From a virus, in IMG/VR virus record IMGVR_UViG_3300046454_000807, positions 14,575-78,574 of that record: DNA of 64,000 nt; one strand, 5' to 3'. The position numbers were made by a program, and so were the translations under genes. Shown here one piece after another: positions 1 through 10,455 of the stretch. The notes beneath the pieces are model-generated. The model did not search any database and was not told the origin of the DNA. It saw nothing but the letters and a program-made list of their open reading frames with translations. Numbering within the stretch: the stretch's first letter is position 1; each line of letters begins with the position of its first letter.

Positions 1-168
1 GTGGGCGGTGAGGGCGCCGGCGCGATGCACATCCAGCGCCCGATCCCGGCCCGTCACTTCCTACGCGACGGCGCTGCGATGGGCGCGCTCTATCGCGAGC
101 GTGCCTTCCGGGATGCCGAAATCGGTGCCATCACCGACATCAAAGCCGTCCGCGCCTCCCTGGTCTAG
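1..168 (+). CDS. 3' end of a putative neck/tail-completion protein (partial, runs off the window start)
   Basis: Frame 1 is open from base 1 to TAG at 166-168 (...MHIQRPIPARHFLRDG...). The IPARHFL motif resembles the C-terminus of HK97 gp10-like proteins, and the gene lies upstream of the tail genes. Confidence 0.5.
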   Translation: MGGEGAGAMHIQRPIPARHFLRDGAAMGALYRERAFRDAEIGAITDIKAVRASLV

Positions 169-220
169 AGCCGAAAACCAGGGGCGTTCCGTCCGGCCGC
201 TCGTATATTAAGCAACGGCT

Positions 221-493
221 TTGGCGGAGACAGGCAACGGCAGCCGTACTGCGTATATCCATAAGCGCAAGGGTCGATACATGGCTCAGACGCTGGAGTG
301 GTTCGAGGAACACATCGAGCCGCTGGTTCCCAGCGAGGAGGCCAAGGAGTTCAAGGCTCTTGTCCGGCGAAAGATGAATGCCTTGGCGACTGACGCAGCG
401 GAGCTACTGGAGTTAGGCAATGACATGGTGAAGAACGAGCTGGCCCAGGACATAGATGACCGTCTATTCCCTGACGGACGGCGAAAGGGGTAG
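221..493 (+). CDS. hypothetical protein preceding the major tail protein
   Basis: 90-aa ORF (start could be ATG 281) downstream of a TATATT box; ends 3 nt before the next gene; contains an in-frame TTA codon at 413. Confidence 0.6.
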   Translation: MAETGNGSRTAYIHKRKGRYMAQTLEWFEEHIEPLVPSEEAKEFKALVRRKMNALATDAAELLELGNDMVKNELAQDIDDRLFPDGRRKG

Positions 494-496
494 ACG

Positions 497-1729
497 ATGA
501 GCATCCTCGCGGGAGACATCCTTCACGTCGGCGGCCAGAACGTCATCGACCGAATCCAGCAGGCAGGACTGGGTAACGTCAACCTCCCCGTCGAAACGAT
601 CCGCGAGTGCGGGAACCGCGAAGTCGTAGACAAGATTCCGCAGGAGCCCGACTTCACCTTCACCCTCCAGAGCTTCAACGTCGGCACCGAACTCATGGCC
701 TTCCTCACCGGGAAATCCGGCGCCCAGGCGTCGGGTTCCTTCCCCGGTTCGAGCGATCCCGAAGGCACCGAGTACAACTGGCTCGACTGCGGGTTCGTCA
801 ACATCGCCTCGCCGTGGAAGAACGGCGCGACGGGCTCCGCCGGCGTCGTCGAGGCCGGGTTCCTGATCCCCGGCTTCTACCCGACGCGCTACACCCTCAA
901 CTTCGGAGTCACCGACAACGCTCAGCAGCAGGTCGAGCTGTCCGGTGGCTCCTACTACTTCGCCGAAGCCGCGCCGCGGGAGGAGAAGTTCGAAGGCAAC
1001 GGCGCCACCAAAGGCTTCGAAACGACCGACGTGACGGTCCACTACCGCAAGGGCGGCGCCGAAGGCACCACCTTCCGCGACGTATTCGGCGTGCTGGTCA
1101 ACGGCCAGCTCCAGGTCGAAGGGACCGACTTCACGGTCACCGGCGGCAACGGCACCAAAGCGAAAGTCGAATTCACGGAAGCGCCGGCGAACAAAGCCGA
1201 CATCCGCGTCGCCTACTTCACGTCGGCCGCCAAAAGCTACCCGCAGAACGTCCACGCCTCGACGCAGGTCCTGCCGGGCGCTGTCCGCGGTCGCAACATC
1301 GTCATCGAAATCAACGAAAAACGAGTCGGTGGCGGTCAGACCTTCACGCTGGAGGCTACGGTCGAAGGCGAAGTCGAGCGCGAGATGGGCACCGAAGACA
1401 TCGTGGCCTACATCGTCAAAGGCACCGATGTCAACGGCACCTTCACGGTGCGGCCCAAGAACCGCGCGGAGTTCTTCAACATCCTTCACGAAATCACCGG
1501 GGTCAGCAAATCCGAGGTCTTCGGCTGGTTCAACGAACACACGGTTCAGCTCGACGTGCTGATCCAGAACCCGAAGAACCCGGCCAAAATCCTGAAGACG
1601 GTGAGGGTGAAAGACGCGAAGTTCCAGCCTCCGGGTCAGCAGGCCCAGGTCAACTCGGCGACGGACTTCGCGATCAACTACAGCTCCATCAACGGGACCT
1701 TCTCGGAGTTCAAGGGAGAAGCGCCCTAA
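497..1729 (+). CDS. major tail (tube) protein with an inserted Ig-like domain
   Basis: 410 aa, Gly/Thr/Val-rich beta protein with strong codon bias; position before chaperone and tape measure; internal VLVNGQLQVEGTDFTV...VEFTEAPANKADIRVAY is typical of virion Ig-like inserts. Confidence 0.75.
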   Translation: MSILAGDILHVGGQNVIDRIQQAGLGNVNLPVETIRECGNREVVDKIPQEPDFTFTLQSFNVGTELMAFLTGKSGAQASGSFPGSSDPEGTEYNWLDCGFVNIASPWKNGATGSAGVVEAGFLIPGFYPTRYTLNFGVTDNAQQQVELSGGSYYFAEAAPREEKFEGNGATKGFETTDVTVHYRKGGAEGTTFRDVFGVLVNGQLQVEGTDFTVTGGNGTKAKVEFTEAPANKADIRVAYFTSAAKSYPQNVHASTQVLPGAVRGRNIVIEINEKRVGGGQTFTLEATVEGEVEREMGTEDIVAYIVKGTDVNGTFTVRPKNRAEFFNILHEITGVSKSEVFGWFNEHTVQLDVLIQNPKNPAKILKTVRVKDAKFQPPGQQAQVNSATDFAINYSSINGTFSEFKGEAP

Positions 1730-1818
1730 GACATCCGCGGCCTAGCCGCACACATACGGACTCGGCGCCCGAAAGGGCTGGCACAGGCAAAGCGGGCTCA
1801 CGCCCCCAAGGAAAGGAA

Positions 1819-2667
1819 ATGATGACCGAGACCACTGACGCACCCACCGCAGAGACGAGCCCTGCCGAGGGCGCGACGACCAAGAAGCTCCACACCTACT
1901 CCGCCTACCTGCACGTGGGACCCGGCGCCGAGGAGTGCGAGCACGCCACCGATGGCGCCTGCAAGGACCTTGACCACTTCCACGCCTGGTGTCGGCTCCC
2001 GAACCAGTTCGAGCGCAGCTCGCTGGCGGAGAAGGCAAATGCCGCGGCCGCGCGCCGCGTCCGGCTCCTGCGGGACCCGCAGTCGGACACTCGGGTCATC
2101 CTCGACGGCGAACTCGAAGCGATGCGCGTCGGCGACGAGCGCGAGGAGCTAACCGAGGAGATCGTCAACAAGGACTTCCTCACCGACCATCTCCAGGCGC
2201 TGAAAGAGGTTGCCGAGGAGGACGAGCAGTACGAGACGATCGACGAGGACCGCGAGCGCCTGCGGGCGCTGGAAGCCAAGCCGGCCGAGGAGCGCCCGGC
2301 CGAGGAATACCAGCACCTGCAAGACCATCTGGAGGAGCACACCCGGAAGGTCAACGAGCGCCGCGACCAAATCCAGGCTCCGCGTCGCGAGGCCGTGAAG
2401 GACAAGCCGATCGACGACCTGGTGGAGATCGTCCGCGAGCGGCGGATCGAAAACATCGAGCAGGGCACCCGTCGCGAAGAGTACGCGAAGTGGCAGTGGT
2501 ACATCTGCACCTTCAAACCGAAGAACCCCGACAAGCCGGGCTTCCCGAGTGACAGGGTGTTCAGCTCGATCGACGCCTTCACGGCTTCGGCTCCAGAGCA
2601 GATCGAAGCAATCGCCGAGTTGGTTACCAAGCTCGACCGTGAATCGAGCGAATCCCTAAAAGGCTAG
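1819..2667 (+). CDS. tail assembly chaperone (G-like, pre-frameshift)
   Basis: Real start at ATG 1819/1822 after the AAGGAAAGGA SD; acidic helical protein located between the major tail and tape measure genes. Confidence 0.7.
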   Translation: MMTETTDAPTAETSPAEGATTKKLHTYSAYLHVGPGAEECEHATDGACKDLDHFHAWCRLPNQFERSSLAEKANAAAARRVRLLRDPQSDTRVILDGELEAMRVGDEREELTEEIVNKDFLTDHLQALKEVAEEDEQYETIDEDRERLRALEAKPAEERPAEEYQHLQDHLEEHTRKVNERRDQIQAPRREAVKDKPIDDLVEIVRERRIENIEQGTRREEYAKWQWYICTFKPKNPDKPGFPSDRVFSSIDAFTASAPEQIEAIAELVTKLDRESSESLKG

Positions 2668-2993
2668 TCCTCGATGACTCATGGCTAGATACGGTTCGCA
2701 TATGTCGGGACATGGGAACAGCACACCTGCTGTTCCCTCCTGGCTGCGACGACATTCGCGAACTGCCGGCACCACTGTTCGAAGCGATCAAGGTGTCACT
2801 GATCTACCTGGGCTTCGAGGAGATGCCGCTAGAGGACCAGCCGCCTAAGAAAATCTGGCAAGACAACGACGCACTGAAACAACACTTCGAGATGCTCAAG
2901 CAGAAGCGCAAACAGGAAGCCAGCACCACCGTTGAGGGTCCGATCGAGGACCCGGTGCAAAACGAGCTGGCGAAAGACATGATCGTGCAGTAA
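2655..2993 (+). CDS. tail assembly chaperone extension (GT-like, -1 frame)
   Basis: The -1 frame is open across the upstream stop (PKRLVLDDSWLDTVRICRDMGTAHLLF...) and ends at the tape measure start; ATG 2712 has no good SD. Confidence 0.65.
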   Translation, partial: PKRLVLDDSWLDTVRICRDMGTAHLLFPPGCDDIRELPAPLFEAIKVSLIYLGFEEMPLEDQPPKKIWQDNDALKQHFEMLKQKRKQEASTTVEGPIEDPVQNELAKDMIVQ

Positions 2994-5900
2994 TGGCCCT
3001 TGAGTTCGGACAGTTCGAGAAGGAAGCGGGCGCGCTCCTTGCGCAGATGCGGCGCAGTGCCGACTCGCTGGCCGCGATCGAGCAGGAGGCCAAGGCCGGT
3101 CGCGTCTCCACATCCCAGGTCGAGAGTCAGGTCACCAGGCCAGCGGCCGCAGAGGGCACGGCCACGCAGGCAGAGATCAGGAGCCGTGGGCTTGCCACCG
3201 ACCAGCTCGTGGCCCGCCAGCGGGCGCTCACCGCCGCAGAGCAGGAGTCGGCGAGGGCAGAGTCGCTCTTCGCCCAGAACATGGCCCAGAGCAGCGCCGG
3301 CATCCGCACCACCGGCGCCCTGACCAACGAGTTCGTCGAAGAGGCGAAACGCGGGGCGGTGACGATCAGGGAGATCGGCGCCGAGGTCACCGGGACGATC
3401 GCCAAGTTCGGAGGGTGGATCGTCGCCGGTGGAGCGGTCTACTTCGCCTTCGACGCGCTGACCAAGTTGAAGACCGGCGCGGTGGACGCGACCTCGGGCG
3501 TCGAGCAGATGAGCAGGGTCATCACCAACCTCGATGTGCATTCGGCCACCGAAGAAGTGAAAGAACTGGCCAAAGAGTTCAACCTACCGATCGGGACTGT
3601 CACCGAAACGGCCTTCGGGATCGGCAAGGCATACCACGACCAGGCCCAGGCTCTCCTCGCCACCAAATCCGCCCTCTATGCGGTGAAGGTCGGCGAGCTG
3701 GATGCCGGCACCGCGACTCGATACCTGATCTCGATCATCAACGGCTTCCACCTGCCGGCGAGCGACATGGCACAGCTCTTCGATCAGTTGCTCACTGCCC
3801 AGAAGCGCTACGCGATCGACCTGCCGAGCCTGATGGCCGGTGTCGGCCGCGCGGCGGGGTCCTTCCGGGCTGCCGGCGGCGACGTTCACACCCTCATCGC
3901 TCTCATCACCACCCTCCAGCACGTCTCCGGTCAGACCGGCAACGTGATCGGCACTGCGATCCAGCGATCCCCGCACTTCATCGCGATGCCACAGAACCAG
4001 TCGATCCTGGAGCAGTTCGGCATCAACCCGAAAGGGAGCATCGAAGAAATCTACAGCGAAGCGATCAATGCCGCGCAGGGTAAATCGGGTCAGGTGCAGC
4101 GGCAGATCGCCGAAGGGCTGTTCGGTCCACAGTACGGATCGCGCGTCGGCATCTTCCTCCTCCAGAACAAGAAACTCTTCGAGGAAGTGTTCAAAGAAAC
4201 GTCGCCGAAGCACGCACACGGTGCTGCCGAAGAACAGCTTCAGATCACCCTGCGCAAGACCAGTGAGCAAATCTCCAAGATCGGGCACCAGCTCGAACAG
4301 ATCGGGCTCGGGCTGGCCCAGGGCCACCTGCTCGACTCACTCGGGCTCGCGCTGAACCTCGTCAACGGCATCCTCGAACTGACCAACAGCCTGATCGGCA
4401 ACTTCGACCGACTACCCAACGGCGCCCAGCAGCTCCTGGCCTACCTGATCCAGGTCTCGCTGGTGGTCAAGACGCTGCGCCGGCTCAACCTCGGCGAGTC
4501 GATCGCCGGCGGTCCTGTCGGGCCGGTCGGTGGCGGCCGCGGCGCCGCGGCTCGCTTCTTCGGCTACGAAAGCCCGCAGGCGTTCGCCAAGGAAACGCGC
4601 GAGGGCTTCCTGAACGAGCAGCGGGCGCTGGAGAAAGAACTGTCCCGGCTCAGCACCCAGCAGTACCGGGCTGGCCGTCGCGAGACGATCGCCTACGGCA
4701 CCGCAGGGGCTGCCCAGCGCGATCTCCAGGGCGCCGTGGGTCGCTACGGGGCGTCGTCGCCAGAGGTCACCGCGGCGCAGCAGCGCGCCGACGCCGCCGC
4801 AGGTGACGCGAAAAACGCCAGCGCCCGCAGCCTCGCGCTCGCTAACGACCAGGAGGCCGCCGCACAGCGCCTGGCGCAGGTGCAGACCTCGATCGTGGCT
4901 ACCCGCCGCAAGATCGTCGGTGGGCTCGACGTGGAGCGCACGCTGGCTGAGGCCGAACGGCTCGGCTACCCGGTGCCGGCTGGCTTCACGAAGGGCGCTG
5001 TGGGGTCCAGGACGCTCAGGATGGCGCCTACGCAGTCGCAGCTCGCCGAGCTGGAGACGGTGCGCGCGCTTCAGGCCCGCGGCCTGATCCCTCCCGAGGC
5101 CGAGAGTCAGGCAGCCGCGGCCGCCACGGGGGTCAGCGGTGCCGCGCAGAAGGTCACCGCCTTCGGGACCAAAATCGGCGGCGTCCGCGGCGCCCTGGGC
5201 TCGCTCGGAAGCGCCTTTAGCGGGCTCCTGGGCAAGGCCGGCACCCTGGCCATCGCCGCCTTCACGATCGGCTTCCTCTCCGAAGAGCTGACGAGCCTGG
5301 CCGAGAGTGTCGGTCACGAGTTCGAATCGGTCACCGCGATCAGCAACAGCTCACAGGCCCGGCTGCAACATCTCCAGGACCTGAAGAAGGGCAGCGAAGG
5401 CGGGGAATCGTTCAAAGAGCGCCTCTTCAACCTGACCGAAGTCACTCATGTCGGGCCAGTTCCCGTCCCTACCTTCGGGCTCGGGCCGGAAAAGGGCATC
5501 GGCGAAGAACGCGCTGAAGTCGAAAAGGCCGAAGCCAAAAACATCGAAAACATCCTCAAGCTCCAGAAACGTGCGGGTAAGGAAGGTAAGCCCATCCCGT
5601 TCCGTTACGGGAGTGAAATTCAGAAAGACATCGAAGGGCTGAAAAAGTCTCACGAGTCGCGCAAGCAGGTCGAAGAAGGACTCGAAAAATACGAAGAGGA
5701 GCTGGAACACTCCGCGCCGTCGCCACACCAGTCCAAGGAACTCGCAGCAGCGCGAGCCGCGCTGGACGAAGCCAAGGTCGAACATGCCAAGGGCAAGGAC
5801 CTGGTGCAGGCATTGCAGGCGCTGAAGAGTTCGCAGATCGGTGAACGGCTCCAGGCGAACCTCACTCTCCTCGGCGGCTCTGAAGGTGTGCAGTATGACC

Positions 5901-7414
5901 CAGCCGAGGCGAAAAAGCTCGGGCTCATCTACCAGGCGCTGTCGCAGAAAATCGGTACCTCGACCGACCCGAAGTCGGTCCAGGAACTCGACCAGGCCCG
6001 GCAGGAGTATTTCTCCGGTGTCCAGCAGGCGATCGCTAGCGAACTCCAGTACCAGCTCGATTTGTCGAAAACGCCGCAGGACCGCACTCAGGCATATGCA
6101 CAGGCGATCTCTCGCTACCGCCAGTTCAGTGGTTCCTCGGAGGGCGAACTGAAACGTCAGCAGCACAGTGTCGCCAAACTCCAGAAAGAACGGCAAAAGC
6201 TCCAGGCCGCGCAGGAAAAGGAACTCGAAACCGTACAGGGTCCCGAAATCAAGACCCAGAACCTGCCGACCAGCAAAGCGCTCCAGAAACTCGATCAGCG
6301 GCTCGGCACCGAAAAGGACAAGCTCAAAGAGCTGGCCGACCAGCAGTCACAGAAGCAGCGGTTCATCCGAGACATCATCCAGAAGCTGCGCGAGGAAGAG
6401 TTCCAAGCCAACAGTGCGCTACGGCAAGCGGAGGAGAGCGCCAAGGAAGCACTGACGGCGAACCCAATCCAGCAGACCGAAGAGAAGATCAGGTTCCTGG
6501 GCAAAGAAGTGGCCCAGGCGATCAAGGTCTACGGGCGCGACTCCCAGCAGGTCTTCCAGCTCATCACCGAACAGCGACAGGCCCGACAGCAGCTCGTGCA
6601 GGACCAGCTCGGGCTCCTTCAGGCCCGCGGCCAGCTCGCCTCGGCCGGGATCATCCAGCAGGTCCCGAAGGAGAAAGCGACTCTCTACGGACCCGGTGGC
6701 CTGATCGCCCAGCTCCGCTTCGAGGAAGCGCACCATAACGCCTTCGACCCCAAGCAATTCATCGAACTGGAGGCCCAGGTCAAGGCGGCCGAAGCGCAGC
6801 TCGCCTACGACATCCAGCAGGAAGCGAACCAGATTGCCGACGCGCAGTTCGGTATCCGGGAAGCGCGGGCCAACCGGGCATCGAATCCTGTGCTCGCAGC
6901 GAAAGTCGCCGTCGAGAAAGCGAAGTACGACGTGGAGCACGCCCAGACTCCACTCGAAAAGCTCAGCGCGCAGCAGAACCTGATCCAGGCTTTGGCGGCC
7001 AAGCGTGACGCCGTTGCGCAGGCCCGGCTCGAAACGATCAACTACGAAGCCGACATCCAAAAGATCAGCACGCAGCAGGAGATCGAACAGCTCGAAAATC
7101 TTCTGCACACCTACAAACTCAGCCTCTCGGCCCGGCGCCAGGTCAGGGAGCAGATTCACTCCCTGAAGAACCAGCTCTCTCAGGAAGGTCAGGCGTTCAA
7201 CCTGAACGTTGGCGACTTCAGCTTGCCGACGGCCTACGACATTCGGCGTGCAGTGCTCAGCTCGGGGCGCGGGGCTGCCGGCGCCACGGTGAACCAACAG
7301 AACAGCTTCAACATCCAGAACTACTCCAGCGATCCGAACGTGGTGGGGCGCGCGATCAGCAACGTCCTCGGGGGCGCCGCGGAGTCGGCAGCGCGATCGG
7401 CAGGTGTCGCATGA
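2993..7414 (+). CDS. tape measure protein
   Basis: 1473 aa, Ala/Gln/Leu-rich helical protein with a TP901-like core (..ATKSALYAVKVGELDAGTA..LMAGVGRAAGSF..), hydrophobic patches and canonical position. Confidence 0.9.
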   Translation: MALEFGQFEKEAGALLAQMRRSADSLAAIEQEAKAGRVSTSQVESQVTRPAAAEGTATQAEIRSRGLATDQLVARQRALTAAEQESARAESLFAQNMAQSSAGIRTTGALTNEFVEEAKRGAVTIREIGAEVTGTIAKFGGWIVAGGAVYFAFDALTKLKTGAVDATSGVEQMSRVITNLDVHSATEEVKELAKEFNLPIGTVTETAFGIGKAYHDQAQALLATKSALYAVKVGELDAGTATRYLISIINGFHLPASDMAQLFDQLLTAQKRYAIDLPSLMAGVGRAAGSFRAAGGDVHTLIALITTLQHVSGQTGNVIGTAIQRSPHFIAMPQNQSILEQFGINPKGSIEEIYSEAINAAQGKSGQVQRQIAEGLFGPQYGSRVGIFLLQNKKLFEEVFKETSPKHAHGAAEEQLQITLRKTSEQISKIGHQLEQIGLGLAQGHLLDSLGLALNLVNGILELTNSLIGNFDRLPNGAQQLLAYLIQVSLVVKTLRRLNLGESIAGGPVGPVGGGRGAAARFFGYESPQAFAKETREGFLNEQRALEKELSRLSTQQYRAGRRETIAYGTAGAAQRDLQGAVGRYGASSPEVTAAQQRADAAAGDAKNASARSLALANDQEAAAQRLAQVQTSIVATRRKIVGGLDVERTLAEAERLGYPVPAGFTKGAVGSRTLRMAPTQSQLAELETVRALQARGLIPPEAESQAAAAATGVSGAAQKVTAFGTKIGGVRGALGSLGSAFSGLLGKAGTLAIAAFTIGFLSEELTSLAESVGHEFESVTAISNSSQARLQHLQDLKKGSEGGESFKERLFNLTEVTHVGPVPVPTFGLGPEKGIGEERAEVEKAEAKNIENILKLQKRAGKEGKPIPFRYGSEIQKDIEGLKKSHESRKQVEEGLEKYEEELEHSAPSPHQSKELAAARAALDEAKVEHAKGKDLVQALQALKSSQIGERLQANLTLLGGSEGVQYDPAEAKKLGLIYQALSQKIGTSTDPKSVQELDQARQEYFSGVQQAIASELQYQLDLSKTPQDRTQAYAQAISRYRQFSGSSEGELKRQQHSVAKLQKERQKLQAAQEKELETVQGPEIKTQNLPTSKALQKLDQRLGTEKDKLKELADQQSQKQRFIRDIIQKLREEEFQANSALRQAEESAKEALTANPIQQTEEKIRFLGKEVAQAIKVYGRDSQQVFQLITEQRQARQQLVQDQLGLLQARGQLASAGIIQQVPKEKATLYGPGGLIAQLRFEEAHHNAFDPKQFIELEAQVKAAEAQLAYDIQQEANQIADAQFGIREARANRASNPVLAAKVAVEKAKYDVEHAQTPLEKLSAQQNLIQALAAKRDAVAQARLETINYEADIQKISTQQEIEQLENLLHTYKLSLSARRQVREQIHSLKNQLSQEGQAFNLNVGDFSLPTAYDIRRAVLSSGRGAAGATVNQQNSFNIQNYSSDPNVVGRAISNVLGGAAESAARSAGVA

Positions 7415-7839
7415 GAGACAAGTTCGTCAACCCACTGAACAGCGAATCCTACGAATGGGACATTAGCCACAGCGACGAGGAGCCGATGGGCAAGACCCGT
7501 CAGATTACCGAGTCGGCCAACACTGCGAACACGGGGCTCGTCAAGCAGCAGGGTGACGTACAGCCGCTGGTGATGAAGTACAACGGCACGATCCTCAAGC
7601 GTTCGCAGTTCAAAGAATTCTGGCGCTGGTTTGAGCTGTGTGAGACGCAGACGATCTATTTCACTGACTTCGATGGTCAGGAATACGAGGTCATCATCAC
7701 TGACTTCGCGCCGAAGCGGCAGCGGACGGTGCGTAACCCCCGCGACGCAGCCAACACGCCATTGCACTACTGGAACTACTCGATCACGATGGAGGTCATC
7801 CGGGTCATCAAAGGCGACCTCGAAGGGCTCACCGCCTGA
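7411..7839 (+). CDS. putative distal tail (Dit-like) protein
   Basis: 142-aa beta-type ORF overlapping the tape measure stop (ATGA); call is positional. Confidence 0.55.
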   Translation: MRDKFVNPLNSESYEWDISHSDEEPMGKTRQITESANTANTGLVKQQGDVQPLVMKYNGTILKRSQFKEFWRWFELCETQTIYFTDFDGQEYEVIITDFAPKRQRTVRNPRDAANTPLHYWNYSITMEVIRVIKGDLEGLTA

Positions 7840-9971
7840 TGCCCACCGCCGAAGAAATCGCCCTTCACCGCCACCGCTGGCTCTCGATGAAGCACGTTGG
7901 GGACTCGCGGCCGACCGTGCGCGTCTTCGTGCGCAAGGGGCACCTGGAGCGTCACTACAAACAACTTCCGAACGAGGATGTCTTCTGCTTCATCCCCGGC
8001 CTGCTGAACCCCAACATGGTTTGGTACGGCCAGTGGGTTGCCGACTCCGATTACGTCGAGGTCCCCAACGTCAAGGAAGTGAAGGGGGAACAGGACTACG
8101 AACAGAACGGCGTCGAGTCACTCACCATTCAATTCGACAATATCGCGATGGTCGAAAAACACGGGAACCTCGGCGCGCTCTTCCACATGATCGACCGCGG
8201 CTACTACAGCCCGCAGCGCGGCCAGCGCAGCCTCCGCGGTGAGCAGGCCGGCGAAAAAAACGACTGGTTCGACACCTGGAAGGACAAGTCCACGCAGATC
8301 GTCGTGCTCGGAGGCTACGGCGATGCGATCTTCCCGCTGCACGTAGGCATGATCGACAAGGTGTCGCTGACCTCTCGGCCGGACACGGTGACCGTGAACG
8401 CCCGCAGTATGGGGCAGTTCCTCACCGACCAGCGCATCTTCATGGACGCGAAGAACCTTTGGCTCCGCGATCCCATCACCTTCGCCGATCGAGTGCAGGT
8501 GCAGGAGGGACCGAACGTCGCCAACCAGGCGAATGCGAAGTCCGAAAAGCCGGGCGCCATAGCCAACAACGCGGTGGACGGCTCGACGAAAAGCGCCTGG
8601 GTCTCGGAAGGTCACAGCGACGCCGGGCAGCTTGAGTGGATCGAGTTCCCACTGGCCGCGGGGCACTTCATCAAGCTCGAACTCTACCCGGCCTTCCAGA
8701 ACATGGAAATGTACGTCTCCGTCTTCGCCAGTAACGAAAACGTGCCCGGTGGTGGTGAAGCCCGACTTGGCAGCGGGACCAAACTCGGCGCTGGCTGGGT
8801 GAACCGCGGAGCTGGTCAGGTGCCGGGGACCACCATTCCATTCGTCAACTACGTGCCAGGCATCCGGGGCTCGCTGACGACCTACCCGATCACCACGGAC
8901 GGGCAGAAGATCATCTCCGGGGACGGGACGAAGGTCAGGGTCTGGTTCCGCAATCTGCACTCCTCACCGAGCGACAACGGCAAGACCACAACGCTCCGTG
9001 CTGGTGTGCGCGAGTGCCGCATCCGCGACGCCTCGGTGCCGGAAACGGTTCGGAAGGGCCACTGGATTCTGATCGACGACGTGTCGGACATGGTGAAGGT
9101 GATCCTCCAGTGGGCTGGCTTCCACGACTGGGAAATCGAAACGACTGGTGTGCGCCTCTCCGACAAGGTGGTGTTCGATCGCCAGAAGTTCTTGATCGAC
9201 CCCATCAACTACATCAAGGAACAGGTCGGCTTCGTCTTCTATATCAGGCCACCGGACGACTTTGACGTGAACGATCTCTCACCCAGCAACGAGACCAACC
9301 TGAATATGGGTACGGCCGTCTTCCGACAGGCGTCGAGCATGAAGCAGGAATCGCCCGACTCGGTGGAGTCGGTGCGCGACGACAACCTGCTCACCGCCGT
9401 CAACGCCGAGTTCGACGCCAACCAGCTCCCCGATTCGATCCGGGTGAGGGGCAAGGCGGTCTCCGACAAGATCGCGCTCAACGACCCGATGCACATCCAC
9501 GCGCTCGGCGCCGATCGCACCAAGCGGTTCCAGGCGAGCTATCGGCCGGTGTGGGCTCGGGACAACTCCGACGGCGCCGCGCACCTGCGCCGGCCGGAGG
9601 TCCACTACGACTACCTGCTCGACGAAACCTACCTCTGCGAAGTGGCCTGCCTGATGATCGCCTTCCAGGCCGCCCTAGTGGCAGCCAAGGGCGAGATCGA
9701 GATACCGATGTGGCCGCTGATCCACCTGGACCACCAAACGCTGCTCTTCGACCGCGGGACCGGGATGTCAACGCGCATCTGGGTCGTGCAACGGACCTGG
9801 AGCTACGTGAGCGGCGCGGAGGTCGGATTCAAGATGAACCTCGGTGGCTCCTTCATCGACACCAACGACGTGAGCGAAACCCGCGTCGAGCTAGAGGCGC
9901 TGCTGAACGAACGAGGGCGAATGCCGGCGCCGATCGCCCGCGCACCCTGGACGGAATCACACACCTTCTGA
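7839..9971 (+). CDS. baseplate hub/minor tail protein with inserted discoidin (F5/8-type) carbohydrate-binding domain
   Basis: 710 aa after the Dit-like gene; ANNAVDGSTKSAWVS...EWIEFPL matches the F5/8 type C signature. Confidence 0.65.
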   Translation: MPTAEEIALHRHRWLSMKHVGDSRPTVRVFVRKGHLERHYKQLPNEDVFCFIPGLLNPNMVWYGQWVADSDYVEVPNVKEVKGEQDYEQNGVESLTIQFDNIAMVEKHGNLGALFHMIDRGYYSPQRGQRSLRGEQAGEKNDWFDTWKDKSTQIVVLGGYGDAIFPLHVGMIDKVSLTSRPDTVTVNARSMGQFLTDQRIFMDAKNLWLRDPITFADRVQVQEGPNVANQANAKSEKPGAIANNAVDGSTKSAWVSEGHSDAGQLEWIEFPLAAGHFIKLELYPAFQNMEMYVSVFASNENVPGGGEARLGSGTKLGAGWVNRGAGQVPGTTIPFVNYVPGIRGSLTTYPITTDGQKIISGDGTKVRVWFRNLHSSPSDNGKTTTLRAGVRECRIRDASVPETVRKGHWILIDDVSDMVKVILQWAGFHDWEIETTGVRLSDKVVFDRQKFLIDPINYIKEQVGFVFYIRPPDDFDVNDLSPSNETNLNMGTAVFRQASSMKQESPDSVESVRDDNLLTAVNAEFDANQLPDSIRVRGKAVSDKIALNDPMHIHALGADRTKRFQASYRPVWARDNSDGAAHLRRPEVHYDYLLDETYLCEVACLMIAFQAALVAAKGEIEIPMWPLIHLDHQTLLFDRGTGMSTRIWVVQRTWSYVSGAEVGFKMNLGGSFIDTNDVSETRVELEALLNERGRMPAPIARAPWTESHTF

Positions 9972-10441
9972 TGCCCGAACCCGGCCTACAGCAACTGGAG
10001 CGCTCCCTGAAGAAACTGCGTCTCGGCGCGGTCAGGGACATGGATCGCATTCGCAGGAGGGCGGCCGAAGATGGGCTGATCGAGCGCGACGAACAGTTCC
10101 AGATCAGGGTCGCTGGCGTCGCGGAGGAGTTCTTCGAATGGCAGGAAGTCGCTCTGACCTTCTCGACAGCCTTCGTCGATGCGACTGCGCAGCGAGACGC
10201 GCCGTTCTCGCGGCCGCATATCTCCGTCGGGTCGGAACTGTATACCCCAACACCAGTGTCGATCACCGCGGTCGTGATGGCCTGGAAGACCAACGACCGC
10301 AACGAAACGCTGGGAGCCACCGTGGCGATCGGCGTGGCCAGCACGGACAGGGCAACGAAGTTCAAGGGCGCGGTCCACATCACCTTCGAGGGATACGGGC
10401 AGCCGGTGAACACGTTCAACGATGAGGAACTCATCACGTGA
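9971..10441 (+). CDS. minor tail protein (hypothetical)
   Basis: TGATG coupling at 9969-9973 gives the start MPEPGLQQ; 156 aa. Confidence 0.55.
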   Translation: MPEPGLQQLERSLKKLRLGAVRDMDRIRRRAAEDGLIERDEQFQIRVAGVAEEFFEWQEVALTFSTAFVDATAQRDAPFSRPHISVGSELYTPTPVSITAVVMAWKTNDRNETLGATVAIGVASTDRATKFKGAVHITFEGYGQPVNTFNDEELIT

Positions 10442-10455
10442 GGAGGATGATTTAG

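Noticed and set aside
607-1818. N-terminal 400 aa of the 686-aa ORF 607..2667
   Set aside because: Arg-rich shadow frame overlapping the major tail gene; the real start is ATG 1819/1822 after a strong SD.
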